In this document: positions 1-9,148 of the stretch, piece after piece
How positions within the stretch are numbered: position 1 is the first letter of the stretch
Layout: the number at the start of each line of letters is the position of its first letter
Source: Dehalococcoidia bacterium
GTDB taxonomy: Bacteria > Chloroflexota > Dehalococcoidia > UBA2979
Length of the DNA: 64,000 nt
NCBI GenBank assembly: GCA_964291495.2
Contig: OZ219871.1
Span: 768,001-832,000 of the forward strand
Reading direction: 5' to 3'
Notes under the pieces: generated by a model
What the model was told of the DNA's origin: nothing
Seen by the model: the letters and a program-made list of their open reading frames with translations, nothing else
Database searches by the model: none
Made by a program: the position numbers and the translations under genes

Positions 1-321
1 GATCGTCACGGGCAACCGCCGCTTGATCTCGCTGATCACGGAGTTCCCCGACCAATAGGACGTCCCGAAGTCCAACCGCACGGTTTCGCCAAGCCAGACC
101 GCGTACTGGATGGGAATCGGTTTGTCGATCCCCAGTTCGCGGCGCATCTCCTCAATGACTGCAGGATCGGTCTCACCCTCCAAGATGAGATCGTCACCGG
201 CGAATGCCTGTAGCAGCGCTGCGTCCCCTGGCATGAGCCGGACCAGCAGGAACAGGATCACCGAGAGCCCGAGGAGCGTCGGCAGCATCGCCACGAGCCT
301 GCGAAAGATATACCCGGTCAT
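1..321 (-). CDS. ABC peptide/nickel-type transporter permease, DppB/OppB family (N-terminal part; runs off the window)
   Basis: Manual translation from ATG at 321: MTGYIFRRLVAMLPTLLGLSVILFLLVRLMPGDAA...MRRELGIDKPIPIQYAVWLGETVRLDFGTSYWSG, the typical BPD_transp_1 N-terminus. Not in the ORF track. Confidence 0.9.
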   Translation of the reverse strand, partial: MTGYIFRRLVAMLPTLLGLSVILFLLVRLMPGDAALLQAFAGDDLILEGETDPAVIEEMRRELGIDKPIPIQYAVWLGETVRLDFGTSYWSGNSVISEIKRRLPVTI

Positions 322-404
322 CCGCGCGGCCCACCCCTCTTGAGGTTCCAGTGAGCGCCGACTGTCGCCGTCCCGTTCTCCGCCCGACGCCGAGCGGACC
401 GCAG

Positions 405-428
405 ACAAGAGCGAGCGCTCGCTCTTGT
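405..428. promoter_or_regulatory. Perfect 24-bp palindrome, candidate repressor operator
   Basis: ACAAGAGCGAGC|GCTCGCTCTTGT, in the divergent intergenic region. Confidence 0.6.
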
Positions 429-518
429 ACAACGATTGTATGTACCGAAGGAGCCCGCGCCGGTCAAGCAGCTTCCCTCACTCGCACTGCCTTGCCGCGG
501 GCCCCGCTCCGGCAGGCC

Positions 519-547
519 TTGACGCCTTCAAGTGTGGATTCTATAAC
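519..547 (+). promoter_or_regulatory. sigma70-type promoter for the SBP/ECH/CoA-transferase operon
   Basis: TTGACG (519-524), 17-nt spacer, TATAAC (542-547). Purine-rich RBS at about 600-610 before ATG 618. Confidence 0.75.
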
Positions 548-560
548 GTTTGATCATAGT

Positions 561-576
561 ATGAGCGCTCGCTCAT
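561..576. promoter_or_regulatory. Palindromic operator just downstream of the -10 box (TetR-like)
   Basis: ATGAGCG-CT-CGCTCAT. Shares the GAGCG-nn-CGCTC core with the 405-428 palindrome. Confidence 0.6.
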
Positions 577-617
577 GACTCTGCGGGTGGAGATCCCGTG
601 GAGAGGGGGGACGTAGC

Positions 618-2399
618 ATGCAGTACACGGAGTTCTCGAACTGGCTTTCGCGCCGGCGCTTTCTGACGCAGACGGCGATCGGCGGGGTCGGCCTCGGTGC
701 AGCGGCTCTGATCGGCTGTGGCGATGACGATGACGATGACGACGACGGTGCGACGCCTGCCGCTACCGCAGCGCCGGCCACTGCGGCCCCGACCGCGACG
801 CCGGCTGCCACGGCAACGCCGACCCCCGAGGCGGCGCCCAGCGGCCCCAAGAGCGGAGGCTTCCTCCGCTACATCACGCCCCCCGGCATTTCCCCCACGA
901 ACCTCGACCCGTACTACACCGACAAGCCAATCAGCAATCTGCTGTTCGGCAAGTTCGTCTACGAGTCGCTCATCGAGGTGGATTTCACGAACGCGGAGTG
1001 GCGCAGCCCCTACAACCTGGTGGGCCACCTTGCCGAGAGCTGGGAACAGCAGCCCGACAACGTCACGTTCGTATTCAAGATCCGCGGGGGCGTGCAGTTC
1101 CACAACGGAGCAACGCTCACGGCGGACGATGCTGCCTTCAGCTTCACGAGAGCGCAGGATCCGGAAGCGAACAACAACGCGTTCCGCCGCAGCGTGAGCG
1201 AGCCTGTCGAGGCGATCGATGATTCGACGCTGCGCGTGGTTGCGGACGAGCCCGATGCAGAGTTCCTCGAGGTGATCAACGGCTACATCGGGCAGGTGGC
1301 GATCATGCCGAGGAGCTTTGCGGATGGTGGCGGCGACTTCGCGCGTGAAGCCGTCGGAACGGGGCCGTTCAGACTGGCCAGCCACCAGGCGGGCTCTACC
1401 GCCCTCCTCACGCGCTTCGATGACTACTGGCAGCCGGGTCGGCCGTACCTCGACGGGATTCACATCGTGTGGGACACGGCGGACGCTACGCTGTCCGCCG
1501 CCTTCATCGCGAAGGAATCCGATGTCCTGACGCGCAATGACGGGGTCCAGGCGAAGCCGGTCCTGAACGCGAATCCCGATGCGCTCTCGGACTCGTGGGC
1601 GTCGGACTTCATCTACGGCCCGTTCTTCAACCTGACCCGCAAGCCGTTCGATGACGTCCGCGTACGGCAGGCGCTGCATCTGACGATCAACCGGGAGGAT
1701 GCGGAGGCCGTCGTCACCTTCGGTGACGGCGTCATCAGCGGGCCGATGATGATCGAGCGGGAGGGCTACACCCTGCCGCACGCCGAGCTGCTCAAGCTGC
1801 CCGGCTACCGCATGCCGAAGGACGCCGACATCGCGGAGGCGGTCAGCCTCCTCGGCGCCGCCGGCTACGGCGATGGGTTCTCGATGGACATGGGGTTCAG
1901 GAGCGACTTCGCATTCGCGGAGTCATACGCGACCAACCTCAAGCAGCAGTACGCGGAGGCGCTGAACGTCGACGTAACCATCCAACCTCTTGAGTCTGCG
2001 CTGATGAGGGAGGTGCAAACCCAGACCGGCGAGTACGACACGCTCCTCACCTCGGTCAGTGGGGTCGCGCGGCCGGGCAGCGGTGTGGCCAGGTGGCACT
2101 CCAGCCACCCCAACGCGGTTGCACAGGGGATCAACGATGCGGAGCTCGACGCGCTGATCGACGCGCAACGGGTGGCGTTCGACCCCGTCGAGCGCGGCAA
2201 AGTCTTCCAGGACATCGAGCAGCGGCTGCTCGAGCAGATGTACTTCGCGGGCATCTCCGCGGCTTCGCTGTTCCGGATGTGGCAGCCCTGGGTGCACGAC
2301 TGGCGGGACAACCGCGCTCGCTTCGCCTCGATCATGAATCCGAGCTGGATGTGGATTGACCTGGACGAGGCTCCCGGTGACCGCGCGTCGGCTCCCTGA
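618..2399 (+). CDS. ABC transporter substrate-binding protein, family 5 (Tat lipoprotein)
   Basis: SRRRFL Tat motif, LIGC lipobox, poly-Asp and Pro/Thr/Ala linker. Family-5 motifs LAESWE, FHNG..LTADD, GTGPF, PFDDVRVRQAL. Confidence 0.93.
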   Translation: MQYTEFSNWLSRRRFLTQTAIGGVGLGAAALIGCGDDDDDDDDGATPAATAAPATAAPTATPAATATPTPEAAPSGPKSGGFLRYITPPGISPTNLDPYYTDKPISNLLFGKFVYESLIEVDFTNAEWRSPYNLVGHLAESWEQQPDNVTFVFKIRGGVQFHNGATLTADDAAFSFTRAQDPEANNNAFRRSVSEPVEAIDDSTLRVVADEPDAEFLEVINGYIGQVAIMPRSFADGGGDFAREAVGTGPFRLASHQAGSTALLTRFDDYWQPGRPYLDGIHIVWDTADATLSAAFIAKESDVLTRNDGVQAKPVLNANPDALSDSWASDFIYGPFFNLTRKPFDDVRVRQALHLTINREDAEAVVTFGDGVISGPMMIEREGYTLPHAELLKLPGYRMPKDADIAEAVSLLGAAGYGDGFSMDMGFRSDFAFAESYATNLKQQYAEALNVDVTIQPLESALMREVQTQTGEYDTLLTSVSGVARPGSGVARWHSSHPNAVAQGINDAELDALIDAQRVAFDPVERGKVFQDIEQRLLEQMYFAGISAASLFRMWQPWVHDWRDNRARFASIMNPSWMWIDLDEAPGDRASAP

Positions 2400-2517
2400 G
2401 TAACCGGCCGGAGCACTCGCGAGGATGTCGGACCGCACTCACGACTTCGCTGGCGACGTCAGCGATCGTGGGCGCGGCGCACCGAGGAAGGCTCCCGCGA
2501 CGCGGGAGTGCGCGGAG

Positions 2518-3324
2518 ATGATGGTGATGGTTGGCGGCGCTGTGATCTACGAGAAGAAGGGCCGTACTGCGTACGTCACCCTGAATCGGCCGGAAGCGCT
2601 GAACGCGCTCAATCGCGAGGCCAGCGAGGCGCTGACGGCGGCAATGCTCGACTTCCGGGACGATCCGGACCTCTGGGTCGCGATCCTCACCGGCGCGGGA
2701 GACCGGGCGTTCTGCGCCGGAGCCGATATCAAGGACATGGCCCCGCGACTGCTCGGTGACGAGCCGGCGCCGAGCCCGGACCGGCCGCGGTCCGCCCAGC
2801 CGTCGTTCACGAGTCCGGAGTTCGAGTTGTGGAAGCCAGTGATCGCCGCGGTCCACGGGTACGCGCTCGGCGCCGGCGCCGAGCTCGCCCTCGCCTGCGA
2901 CATGATCGTGGCGGCGGACACCACCCAGTTTGGCATCGTCGAGGGCCGGCTCGGCTACATCGCCGCGGGCGCGGTCGTGCACCGCCTGCCTCGCCAGATC
3001 CCGCTGAAGCTGGCAATGGAGATGATCCTGACGTCGAAGCACGTCGGCGCCGAGGAGGGCTACCGGGTGGGGCTCTTCAATGAAGTGGTGTCTCGCGAGG
3101 AGTTGATGGAGGCGGCCGAGCGGCTTGCCGGCGCCATCATCGCGTGCTCACCCGTGGTCGTGCAGGCTTGTAAGCAGGGAATCATGGTAGGCCTCGAGTC
3201 GCCTCTGCGTGTTGCCCATCCGGTCAACTATGAGCTGATGGACCGCGTCGCCACGTCAGAGGACGTGCAGGAGGGCATCAGCGCCTTCCTGGAGAAGCGG
3301 GAACCGCGGTGGAAGGGTCGCTAG
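2518..3324 (+). CDS. Enoyl-CoA hydratase/isomerase (crotonase family)
   Basis: TLNRPEALNAL, AFCAGADI, KPVIAAVHGYALGAGAELALACD, AFLEKREPRWKGR. Start uncertain (2518-2542 more likely than 2425). Confidence 0.93.
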   Translation: MMVMVGGAVIYEKKGRTAYVTLNRPEALNALNREASEALTAAMLDFRDDPDLWVAILTGAGDRAFCAGADIKDMAPRLLGDEPAPSPDRPRSAQPSFTSPEFELWKPVIAAVHGYALGAGAELALACDMIVAADTTQFGIVEGRLGYIAAGAVVHRLPRQIPLKLAMEMILTSKHVGAEEGYRVGLFNEVVSREELMEAAERLAGAIIACSPVVVQACKQGIMVGLESPLRVAHPVNYELMDRVATSEDVQEGISAFLEKREPRWKGR

Positions 3325-3386
3325 GCTCCGCTCGTGCGAACTGAGGCCGGTTCGGCCCCCGCCGCGCAATCGAAGCCGGACGCCTG

Positions 3387-4607
3387 ATGCCGCTCAATCT
3401 GCTCTCCGGGGTACGTGTTCTCGAGTTTGCGGAGCTCGCCTGCGGACCGTTCTGCGGGAAGGTACTGGCCGACCTCGGCGCCGATGTGATCAAGGTCGAG
3501 CCGCCAGGGAGCGGTGACGAGGCGCGCCGGCGCGGCCCCTTTCTGAACGATGACCCCGACCCCGAAGCCAGCGTGCTCTTTCTGGCGCTGAACACCGACA
3601 AGCGCGGGATCACCCTCGACCTCACCACCGCGGATGGACGGGAGCTGCTCCTCGCACTGCTGCGGAGCGCCGACGTACTGATCGAGGACAGGGCTCGCCG
3701 GTTCTGGCTCGACCTGGAGCTACCCGTCGAGCGGCTGCACGAGGCCAACCCGGAGTTGGTCATGACCTCGATCACGCCGTTTGGCCAGACCGGAGCTCAC
3801 AGTGACTACCGGGCACATCCGATTAACGTCGAGCACGCCGGCGGGGGCGGCTATCTGAACCCCAACGGCCGCATCTCATGGGAGAGTTCGCCCGGGAGGC
3901 CACCGACGAAGCACGGGGCCTACCTCATGGAGTGCGAGATCGGCCTGAACGCCGCCCTGGCCACCATGGGCGCAGTGTGCGCCCGGCAGTTCGGCGCCGG
4001 GGGCCAGCACGTCGATTTCTCCAAGCAGGAGTCCCAGATCTCGTCCTACCGATTGCCGCTCGATCGCTACGGCGACGACGGGACGGTGCATGATCGCCTC
4101 AACGTCGGCTTCCCGAGCCTGGGCCTAATGCCTGCCAGGGACGGCTGGACGCTGCCGCTCCTCCTGGAGCAGCACATGTGGGAGAGCCTCGCGCGCCTCA
4201 TGGGCTCGCCGGACTGGACACACGAGCCGTGGTTCGACGACCCGATCCAGATGCGGGAGCGGGCGGACTTCATCAACGAGCACGTTGGGGCGTGGCTACT
4301 CGAGCAGCGAGTGGAAGAGTTCTACCATTCGGCCCAGGAGCAGGGCGTGCCGGTGGGCATGGTCGCGACGGCCAGGGATCTGGTTGAGTCGGATCAGCTG
4401 GAGGCGCGGGCGTTCTTCCGCCCAACCGATCATCCGGTCGCCGGACGCCACCCGCACCCCTCGATACCGCTCACCGTGTCCGGGCAGAGCTACGGGGCAA
4501 GTACGCCCGCACCCCTGCTGGGCCAACACAATCAGGAGGTGTACTGCGGCCTGCTGGGCTACTCGACATCCGACCTCGTACGCCTACGACAGGCCGGGGT
4601 GATCTAG
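3387..4607 (+). CDS. Class III CoA-transferase (CaiB/BaiF family), probably a non-catalytic subunit
   Basis: LSGVRVLE, LADLGADVIKVEPP, NTDKRGITLDL, APLLGQHN. No Asp at the expected catalytic position (GAYLMECEIG). Confidence 0.9.
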   Translation: MPLNLLSGVRVLEFAELACGPFCGKVLADLGADVIKVEPPGSGDEARRRGPFLNDDPDPEASVLFLALNTDKRGITLDLTTADGRELLLALLRSADVLIEDRARRFWLDLELPVERLHEANPELVMTSITPFGQTGAHSDYRAHPINVEHAGGGGYLNPNGRISWESSPGRPPTKHGAYLMECEIGLNAALATMGAVCARQFGAGGQHVDFSKQESQISSYRLPLDRYGDDGTVHDRLNVGFPSLGLMPARDGWTLPLLLEQHMWESLARLMGSPDWTHEPWFDDPIQMRERADFINEHVGAWLLEQRVEEFYHSAQEQGVPVGMVATARDLVESDQLEARAFFRPTDHPVAGRHPHPSIPLTVSGQSYGASTPAPLLGQHNQEVYCGLLGYSTSDLVRLRQAGVI

Positions 4608-4625
4608 GAGCAAGAGGCTCGACAG

Positions 4626-5828
4626 ATGAATCAGGCACTCGCGGGCATCAGAATCATCGACTTCTCGCACATGCAGGCTGGCCCGTTCTGCACGATGATC
4701 ATGGCGGCGATGGGCGCCGAGGTCATCAAGATCGAGAGCATGCAGCATATCGACCCTTACCGGCGTGCATCGCCGGAAGGGGTCGACATGAGCTTTGGAT
4801 TCAACGAGTTCAACCTCGGAAAGAAGAGCGTCCGCCTCAACCTGCGCCAGCCACGCGCGGTCGAGCTCGCCAAGGGGCTCGTCGCCCTCGGGGATGCAAC
4901 CGTCGTGAACATGCGGCCGGGCGTGATCGACCGCCTCGGGCTGGGCTACGACGAGCAGCGGCAGGTGCGTCGCGACATCATCATGGTGCACATCTCCTAC
5001 TCGGGGTGGGCCGACGGCCCGGAACGAAACTACGCCGGCTATGCGGGCACCTTCTCCGCGATCGGTGGAGCCGCCCACATCTCGGGACATCCCGATGGCC
5101 CCCCGACCGAGGATGCGATGACAGGCTGGGCCGACTGCTCCACCGGCGTCTGGGCAGCGACGGCGCTGCTGGCCGCGGTGCAGCGCCGCGAGCTCACCGG
5201 CGAAGGAGCGTTCATCGACATCTCGGCCCGAGAGGGCGTCGCCGCCCTCATCCCCGATGTCCTGCTGGATTACATCCTGACCGGCCGCGTTGCCGGCAGG
5301 AGCGGGAACCGCGACACCGCGATGGCGCCGCACAACTGCTATCCGTCGAAGGGTGCGGACCGCTGGGTCAGCATCGCGGTCGGCAGCGACGCGGAGTGGG
5401 CCGCGCTCCGCCAGGCGATGGGTAGCCCGGCCTGGGCCGAGGCGCCGCGATTCGCCACCGCCCTCGGACGGTGGCGGCACCAGGATGAACTGGACGGGCT
5501 CATCGGCGCGTGGACCGTAGAATTCACTGCGGCCGAGCTAACCGAGCGCCTGCAGGCCGTCGGCGTCGCATCCGCTCCTTCCTACGACAGCCGTGAACTG
5601 CACGATAGCGAGCACCTCCGTCAGCGCGGCTTCTGGGTGACGGTTGACCATCCCTTCGACGGCAGGCAGGTGAAAGCGGGACTACCGTGGCGCTACAACA
5701 GAACCCCGACGAGCATCACTGAGCCGGCGCCTTGGATGGGCCAGCATACAGACGAGGTGCTGCGAGACCTGCTTGGCCTGTCGGACGCCGAGATCAGCCA
5801 GCTGGTCGACGAGGGTGTCGCGTACTGA
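4626..5828 (+). CDS. Class III CoA-transferase (CaiB/BaiF family)
   Basis: LAGIRIIDFS, GAEVIKIES, NLGKKSVRLNL, GWADCSTG with catalytic Asp, APWMGQHT. Confidence 0.92.
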   Translation: MNQALAGIRIIDFSHMQAGPFCTMIMAAMGAEVIKIESMQHIDPYRRASPEGVDMSFGFNEFNLGKKSVRLNLRQPRAVELAKGLVALGDATVVNMRPGVIDRLGLGYDEQRQVRRDIIMVHISYSGWADGPERNYAGYAGTFSAIGGAAHISGHPDGPPTEDAMTGWADCSTGVWAATALLAAVQRRELTGEGAFIDISAREGVAALIPDVLLDYILTGRVAGRSGNRDTAMAPHNCYPSKGADRWVSIAVGSDAEWAALRQAMGSPAWAEAPRFATALGRWRHQDELDGLIGAWTVEFTAAELTERLQAVGVASAPSYDSRELHDSEHLRQRGFWVTVDHPFDGRQVKAGLPWRYNRTPTSITEPAPWMGQHTDEVLRDLLGLSDAEISQLVDEGVAY

Positions 5829-5919
5829 CGCTCGCCGAACCTGTGCTCGCGAGTGGACTACTCCCTCGGAGCCCCGTCGCCCGCTGCGCATCGCTAACCC
5901 CGAGCGACGAACGTGGGCC

Positions 5920-6108
5920 CACTGCTCGGGATCGACAAGAGCGAGTGCGTGGTGGCGGCGGCGGTGGATCTCTCGAGGCACCACAGGCGCGATCGAGCAA
6001 GCTCGGCGCGTCGAGGTCTCGGTCATACGAGTAGCACGACAAGATCGAGCGCGTGCCTGTGGTGGTGACGGTGGCTCTCGCGAGGCGCGGCAGGCGCGAC
6101 TGAGCAAG
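5920..6108 (+). repeat. Two tandem copies (5933-6002 degenerate; 6036-6108) of a ~73-bp repeat also at 14473-14545
   Basis: ACGACAAGATCGAGCGCGTGCC.GTGGTGGTGACGGTGGCTCTCGCGAGGCGC.GCA.GCGCGACTGAGCAAG. 3 mismatches between 6036-6108 and 14473-14545. Confidence 0.85.
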
Positions 6109-6301
6109 CCCGGCGTTTGCGGTCCCGGCCATCAATGGGCTCGACCCGCGATGGGTGGCGGATCCCGCGTCTGCGGCCCGCTTGAGTTGTCGCCGAGCCC
6201 CTCCCGCGACACGACCCGGTCGGTGACGATCGCCTCCGGCATGGGCGGTTCTCGGACGCCCGGAACGTCGCGAACGACAACGTCAGTGCCCGGCGCGCAG
6301 A

Positions 6302-7099
6302 TCAACTCCCGCCGGTGCCGATCGGCAGGCAGATCATCCGACCGGACTCGGGGTTGGTGAAGATCCTCGCTGCCACCCCGAACACGGCCCGCATCAGCTC
6401 GACGGTAAGCACCTCCGAGGGCGCGCCGTCCGCCACGATCCGGCCGCCGTCCACGACGACGACCCGGTCCGCGTAGTTCGCCGCGTGCACGAGGTCGTGG
6501 AGCACCATGACGACGGTCATGCCGCGGCTCGCGCAGAGGGACGCAACGAGGTCGAGCACCTCGAACTGGTGCCGGACATCGAGGAACGTCGTGGGCTCGT
6601 CCAGGAGCAGGGTGCTGGCGCCCTGCGCGAGCGCGAGCGCGACCCACGCGCGCTGGCGTTCGCCCCCCGAGAGCTCGTCGATGGGACGCTCCGCGAAGTC
6701 GCTCAACCCCGTGAGCGTGAGCGCTGATTCCACCGCGAGTGCGCCCTCGGCGCCGAGTCGTCCGAACAGCCCGGTATGGGGGAAGCGGCCCAACTCGACC
6801 AACTCGCGAACCGTCAGCCCCGGTGGGCTCGATGGCGATTGGGGAAGGACGGATAGCAGGCGGGCGATATCGCGAGATCCGAAGCTCCGGATGTCCTCTC
6901 CAGCGAGGAGTACGACGCCGCTCCGCGCCGGAAGCAGCCGGGCCATCGCCCGGATCACCGTGGACTTCCCCGACCCGTTCGGTCCGACGATGGCGGTGAG
7001 GGTGCCCTGTTGCAGTCCCAGGTCGAGGCCGTCGAGCACCATCCGCTGCCCGTAGCCGGCGCTGACCTCTGCCAGTCTGAGGGGGTCGACTTCGTTCAT
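6302..7099 (-). CDS. Iron-chelate ABC transporter ATP-binding protein (FecE/FhuC-like)
   Basis: GPNGSGKST, LSGGERQR, LLLDEPTTFLD, VLHDL. Confidence 0.93.
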   Translation of the reverse strand: MNEVDPLRLAEVSAGYGQRMVLDGLDLGLQQGTLTAIVGPNGSGKSTVIRAMARLLPARSGVVLLAGEDIRSFGSRDIARLLSVLPQSPSSPPGLTVRELVELGRFPHTGLFGRLGAEGALAVESALTLTGLSDFAERPIDELSGGERQRAWVALALAQGASTLLLDEPTTFLDVRHQFEVLDLVASLCASRGMTVVMVLHDLVHAANYADRVVVVDGGRIVADGAPSEVLTVELMRAVFGVAARIFTNPESGRMICLPIGTGGS

Positions 7100-8121
7100 C
7101 TGATGCTCCTCCGAAGAAGGACGATGAGTAGCGGCGCCCCGAACAGGGCCAACACGGCTCCGACGGGGAGGCCTACGCGATACGACGAGGAGGGGATTGG
7201 CGGCCTGATGGAAAGCGATTGGGCAACGAGGTCGGCCGCCAGCAGGAGCACGCAGCCGATGAGGGCGGACAGGGGCAAGACGCGGCGGGCGTCGGCGCCG
7301 GCGATAGCCCTCGCGGCGTTCGGGGCCATGAGGCCCACGAACGGGATGGCTCCCGAGACACTCACAGCCCCGGCAGCCAGTACGGCGGCCAGCCCGAAGA
7401 GCGCGACTCGAGCGGGCTGCAACGGGAGGCCGAGCGCGCGGCCGGACTCGTCGTCAAGCTGGAGCACGTTCGCTGCCCGTGCAGCCAGCAGCCCCGCCGG
7501 GATGCCGACGGCAGCCCACGGCAATGCAAGCCAGACGTCATCCCAGACGCGGCCGTTCAGCGAGCCGATGAGCCAGGCGAGGATGCTGCCAAGCGCCTGC
7601 TGAGAGCGCAGCATGACGATCGAAGTCAACGATCCAAGAATCGCGTTGACGATGACTGCCGTGAGGATCAGTCGCAGTGGATCAATGCGTCCGCGCACCG
7701 AACTCGTGAAGAGCACCAGAATCCCGCCCCCCAGGGCGCCCGCGAGCACGATGAACGGAAGCAGCCGCCCGGGTGGCGGCAGTCCCCACATGCCCGCGAG
7801 GAAGAGGACCGCAGCGAGGATTCCCCCCGCCGAGACCCCGGTGAGTCCGGGCTCGGCGAGACGGTTGCGCATGACGACCTGCAGCAATGCCCCCGAAAGA
7901 CCCAGCATGCAGCCCACCAGGAGCCCGAGAATCGCTCGAGGCAGCCGCAGCTCACGGACGATGGTCAGATCCGTGGGGTTCGTCGATCGATCCATCAGGG
8001 CGAGAACGACACGATCCGGTGGGATCCAGACCGTGCCCAGTCCCAGGTGGAGGATGAAGAGCACGGCAGCCGCGATGCTCGCGAGCAGCGTCAGAAACAC
8101 AAACGAACGCGCGGATGTCAC
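7096..8121 (-). CDS. Iron-chelate ABC permease (FecCD family)
   Basis: LRLPR, RNRLAEPGLTG, FVGLMAP, PVG motifs; multiple TM segments. Confidence 0.92.
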   Translation of the reverse strand: MTSARSFVFLTLLASIAAAVLFILHLGLGTVWIPPDRVVLALMDRSTNPTDLTIVRELRLPRAILGLLVGCMLGLSGALLQVVMRNRLAEPGLTGVSAGGILAAVLFLAGMWGLPPPGRLLPFIVLAGALGGGILVLFTSSVRGRIDPLRLILTAVIVNAILGSLTSIVMLRSQQALGSILAWLIGSLNGRVWDDVWLALPWAAVGIPAGLLAARAANVLQLDDESGRALGLPLQPARVALFGLAAVLAAGAVSVSGAIPFVGLMAPNAARAIAGADARRVLPLSALIGCVLLLAADLVAQSLSIRPPIPSSSYRVGLPVGAVLALFGAPLLIVLLRRSIR

Positions 8122-8122
8122 G

Positions 8123-9148
8123 TTAGCGGTTCAGCCCGAGGTTTGTACGGCGAAGGAGCAGGAGGATCATCGGGGCGGCCAGGAGGGTCGTGCACAGCCC
8201 CACAGGGACCTCTCGCGGATAGAGCACGACCTTGGAGAGCACGTCGGCCGCCAGTAGCAGGAGCGCTCCGATCGCCGTGGTGACCGGAAAGAGAATCCTC
8301 GCGTCCGGCCGTGCGACGATCAGGCGAGCGATGTGCGGCGTGAGCAGCCCAACCCAGGCGATGGGCCCGGCGACGGCCACAATGCTCCCGACGAGCAACG
8401 CGGCCAGTGCGATGAAGACGAGGCGCATGCGCTTCGCCTGCATCCCCAGCGACGAGGCGACATCCTCGTGCAGTTGCAGCACATTGGCGCCTCGAGCGAG
8501 GAGGAACGCTGCGGGAATCCCCACAATCACCCACGGCCACACGAGCCCGACATGGTCCCATGTCCTGTTCGAGAGGTTGCCGACCGTGAAGAGGAAGTAG
8601 ACCTGCACCGCACCCGATGAGGCCGCGAGACTGATCACCGCGAGGATGATCCCCTGGAGGAGCGCCGCAACCGCGACGCCGATCAGCGCGGCTTCCACCG
8701 GTGTTCGCGCCCCCCGCGATGCCGCGAGGACGATCAGGCCGCCGCCGAGGCCCCCGGCAAGCGCCACGACGGGATGAAGTGCGAACAGGATCGGTGCGTT
8801 CAGCAGCAGGATCACCGCCATCGCCAGCGATGCGCCCGCCGACACGCCGAGCAGCTCCGGCGAGGCAAGCGGATTCCTGAGCACGAACTGCAGGATGGCC
8901 CCGGCGAGCCCGAGCGCCGCGCCGGAGAACAGCGCCAGGATCAGTCGCGGCACTCGCAGCTCACGGACCACGAGCCGATCGATCCGGTCGCCGGACTCGC
9001 CCGTCAGGATCCCGGGAAGATGCCCGGGCGCCACCATCGGCTCACCCGTGCTCAGGTGGGCCACGGCGAGGCCGGCGAGCGCCGCGACGATCGCTCCGGC
9101 GACGAGTACCCGGGGCCAGCCCGGAGCCGCGACCCGGGCTGCACTCAA
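8123..9148 (-). CDS. Iron-chelate ABC permease (FecCD family)
   Basis: LRVPR, RNPLASPELLG, GPIAWVGLLTPH, EVPVG. Confidence 0.92.
   Translation of the reverse strand: MSAARVAAPGWPRVLVAGAIVAALAGLAVAHLSTGEPMVAPGHLPGILTGESGDRIDRLVVRELRVPRLILALFSGAALGLAGAILQFVLRNPLASPELLGVSAGASLAMAVILLLNAPILFALHPVVALAGGLGGGLIVLAASRGARTPVEAALIGVAVAALLQGIILAVISLAASSGAVQVYFLFTVGNLSNRTWDHVGLVWPWVIVGIPAAFLLARGANVLQLHEDVASSLGMQAKRMRLVFIALAALLVGSIVAVAGPIAWVGLLTPHIARLIVARPDARILFPVTTAIGALLLLAADVLSKVVLYPREVPVGLCTTLLAAPMILLLLRRTNLGLNR

Noticed and set aside
722-746. GAY codon run as a contingency repeat
   Set aside because: It encodes the poly-Asp linker after the lipobox, also seen in the other family-5 SBP; mixed codons, in frame.
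5920-6108. Possible CRISPR array
   Set aside because: Only two degenerate ~70-bp units here, no regular repeat-spacer period, and no cas genes.
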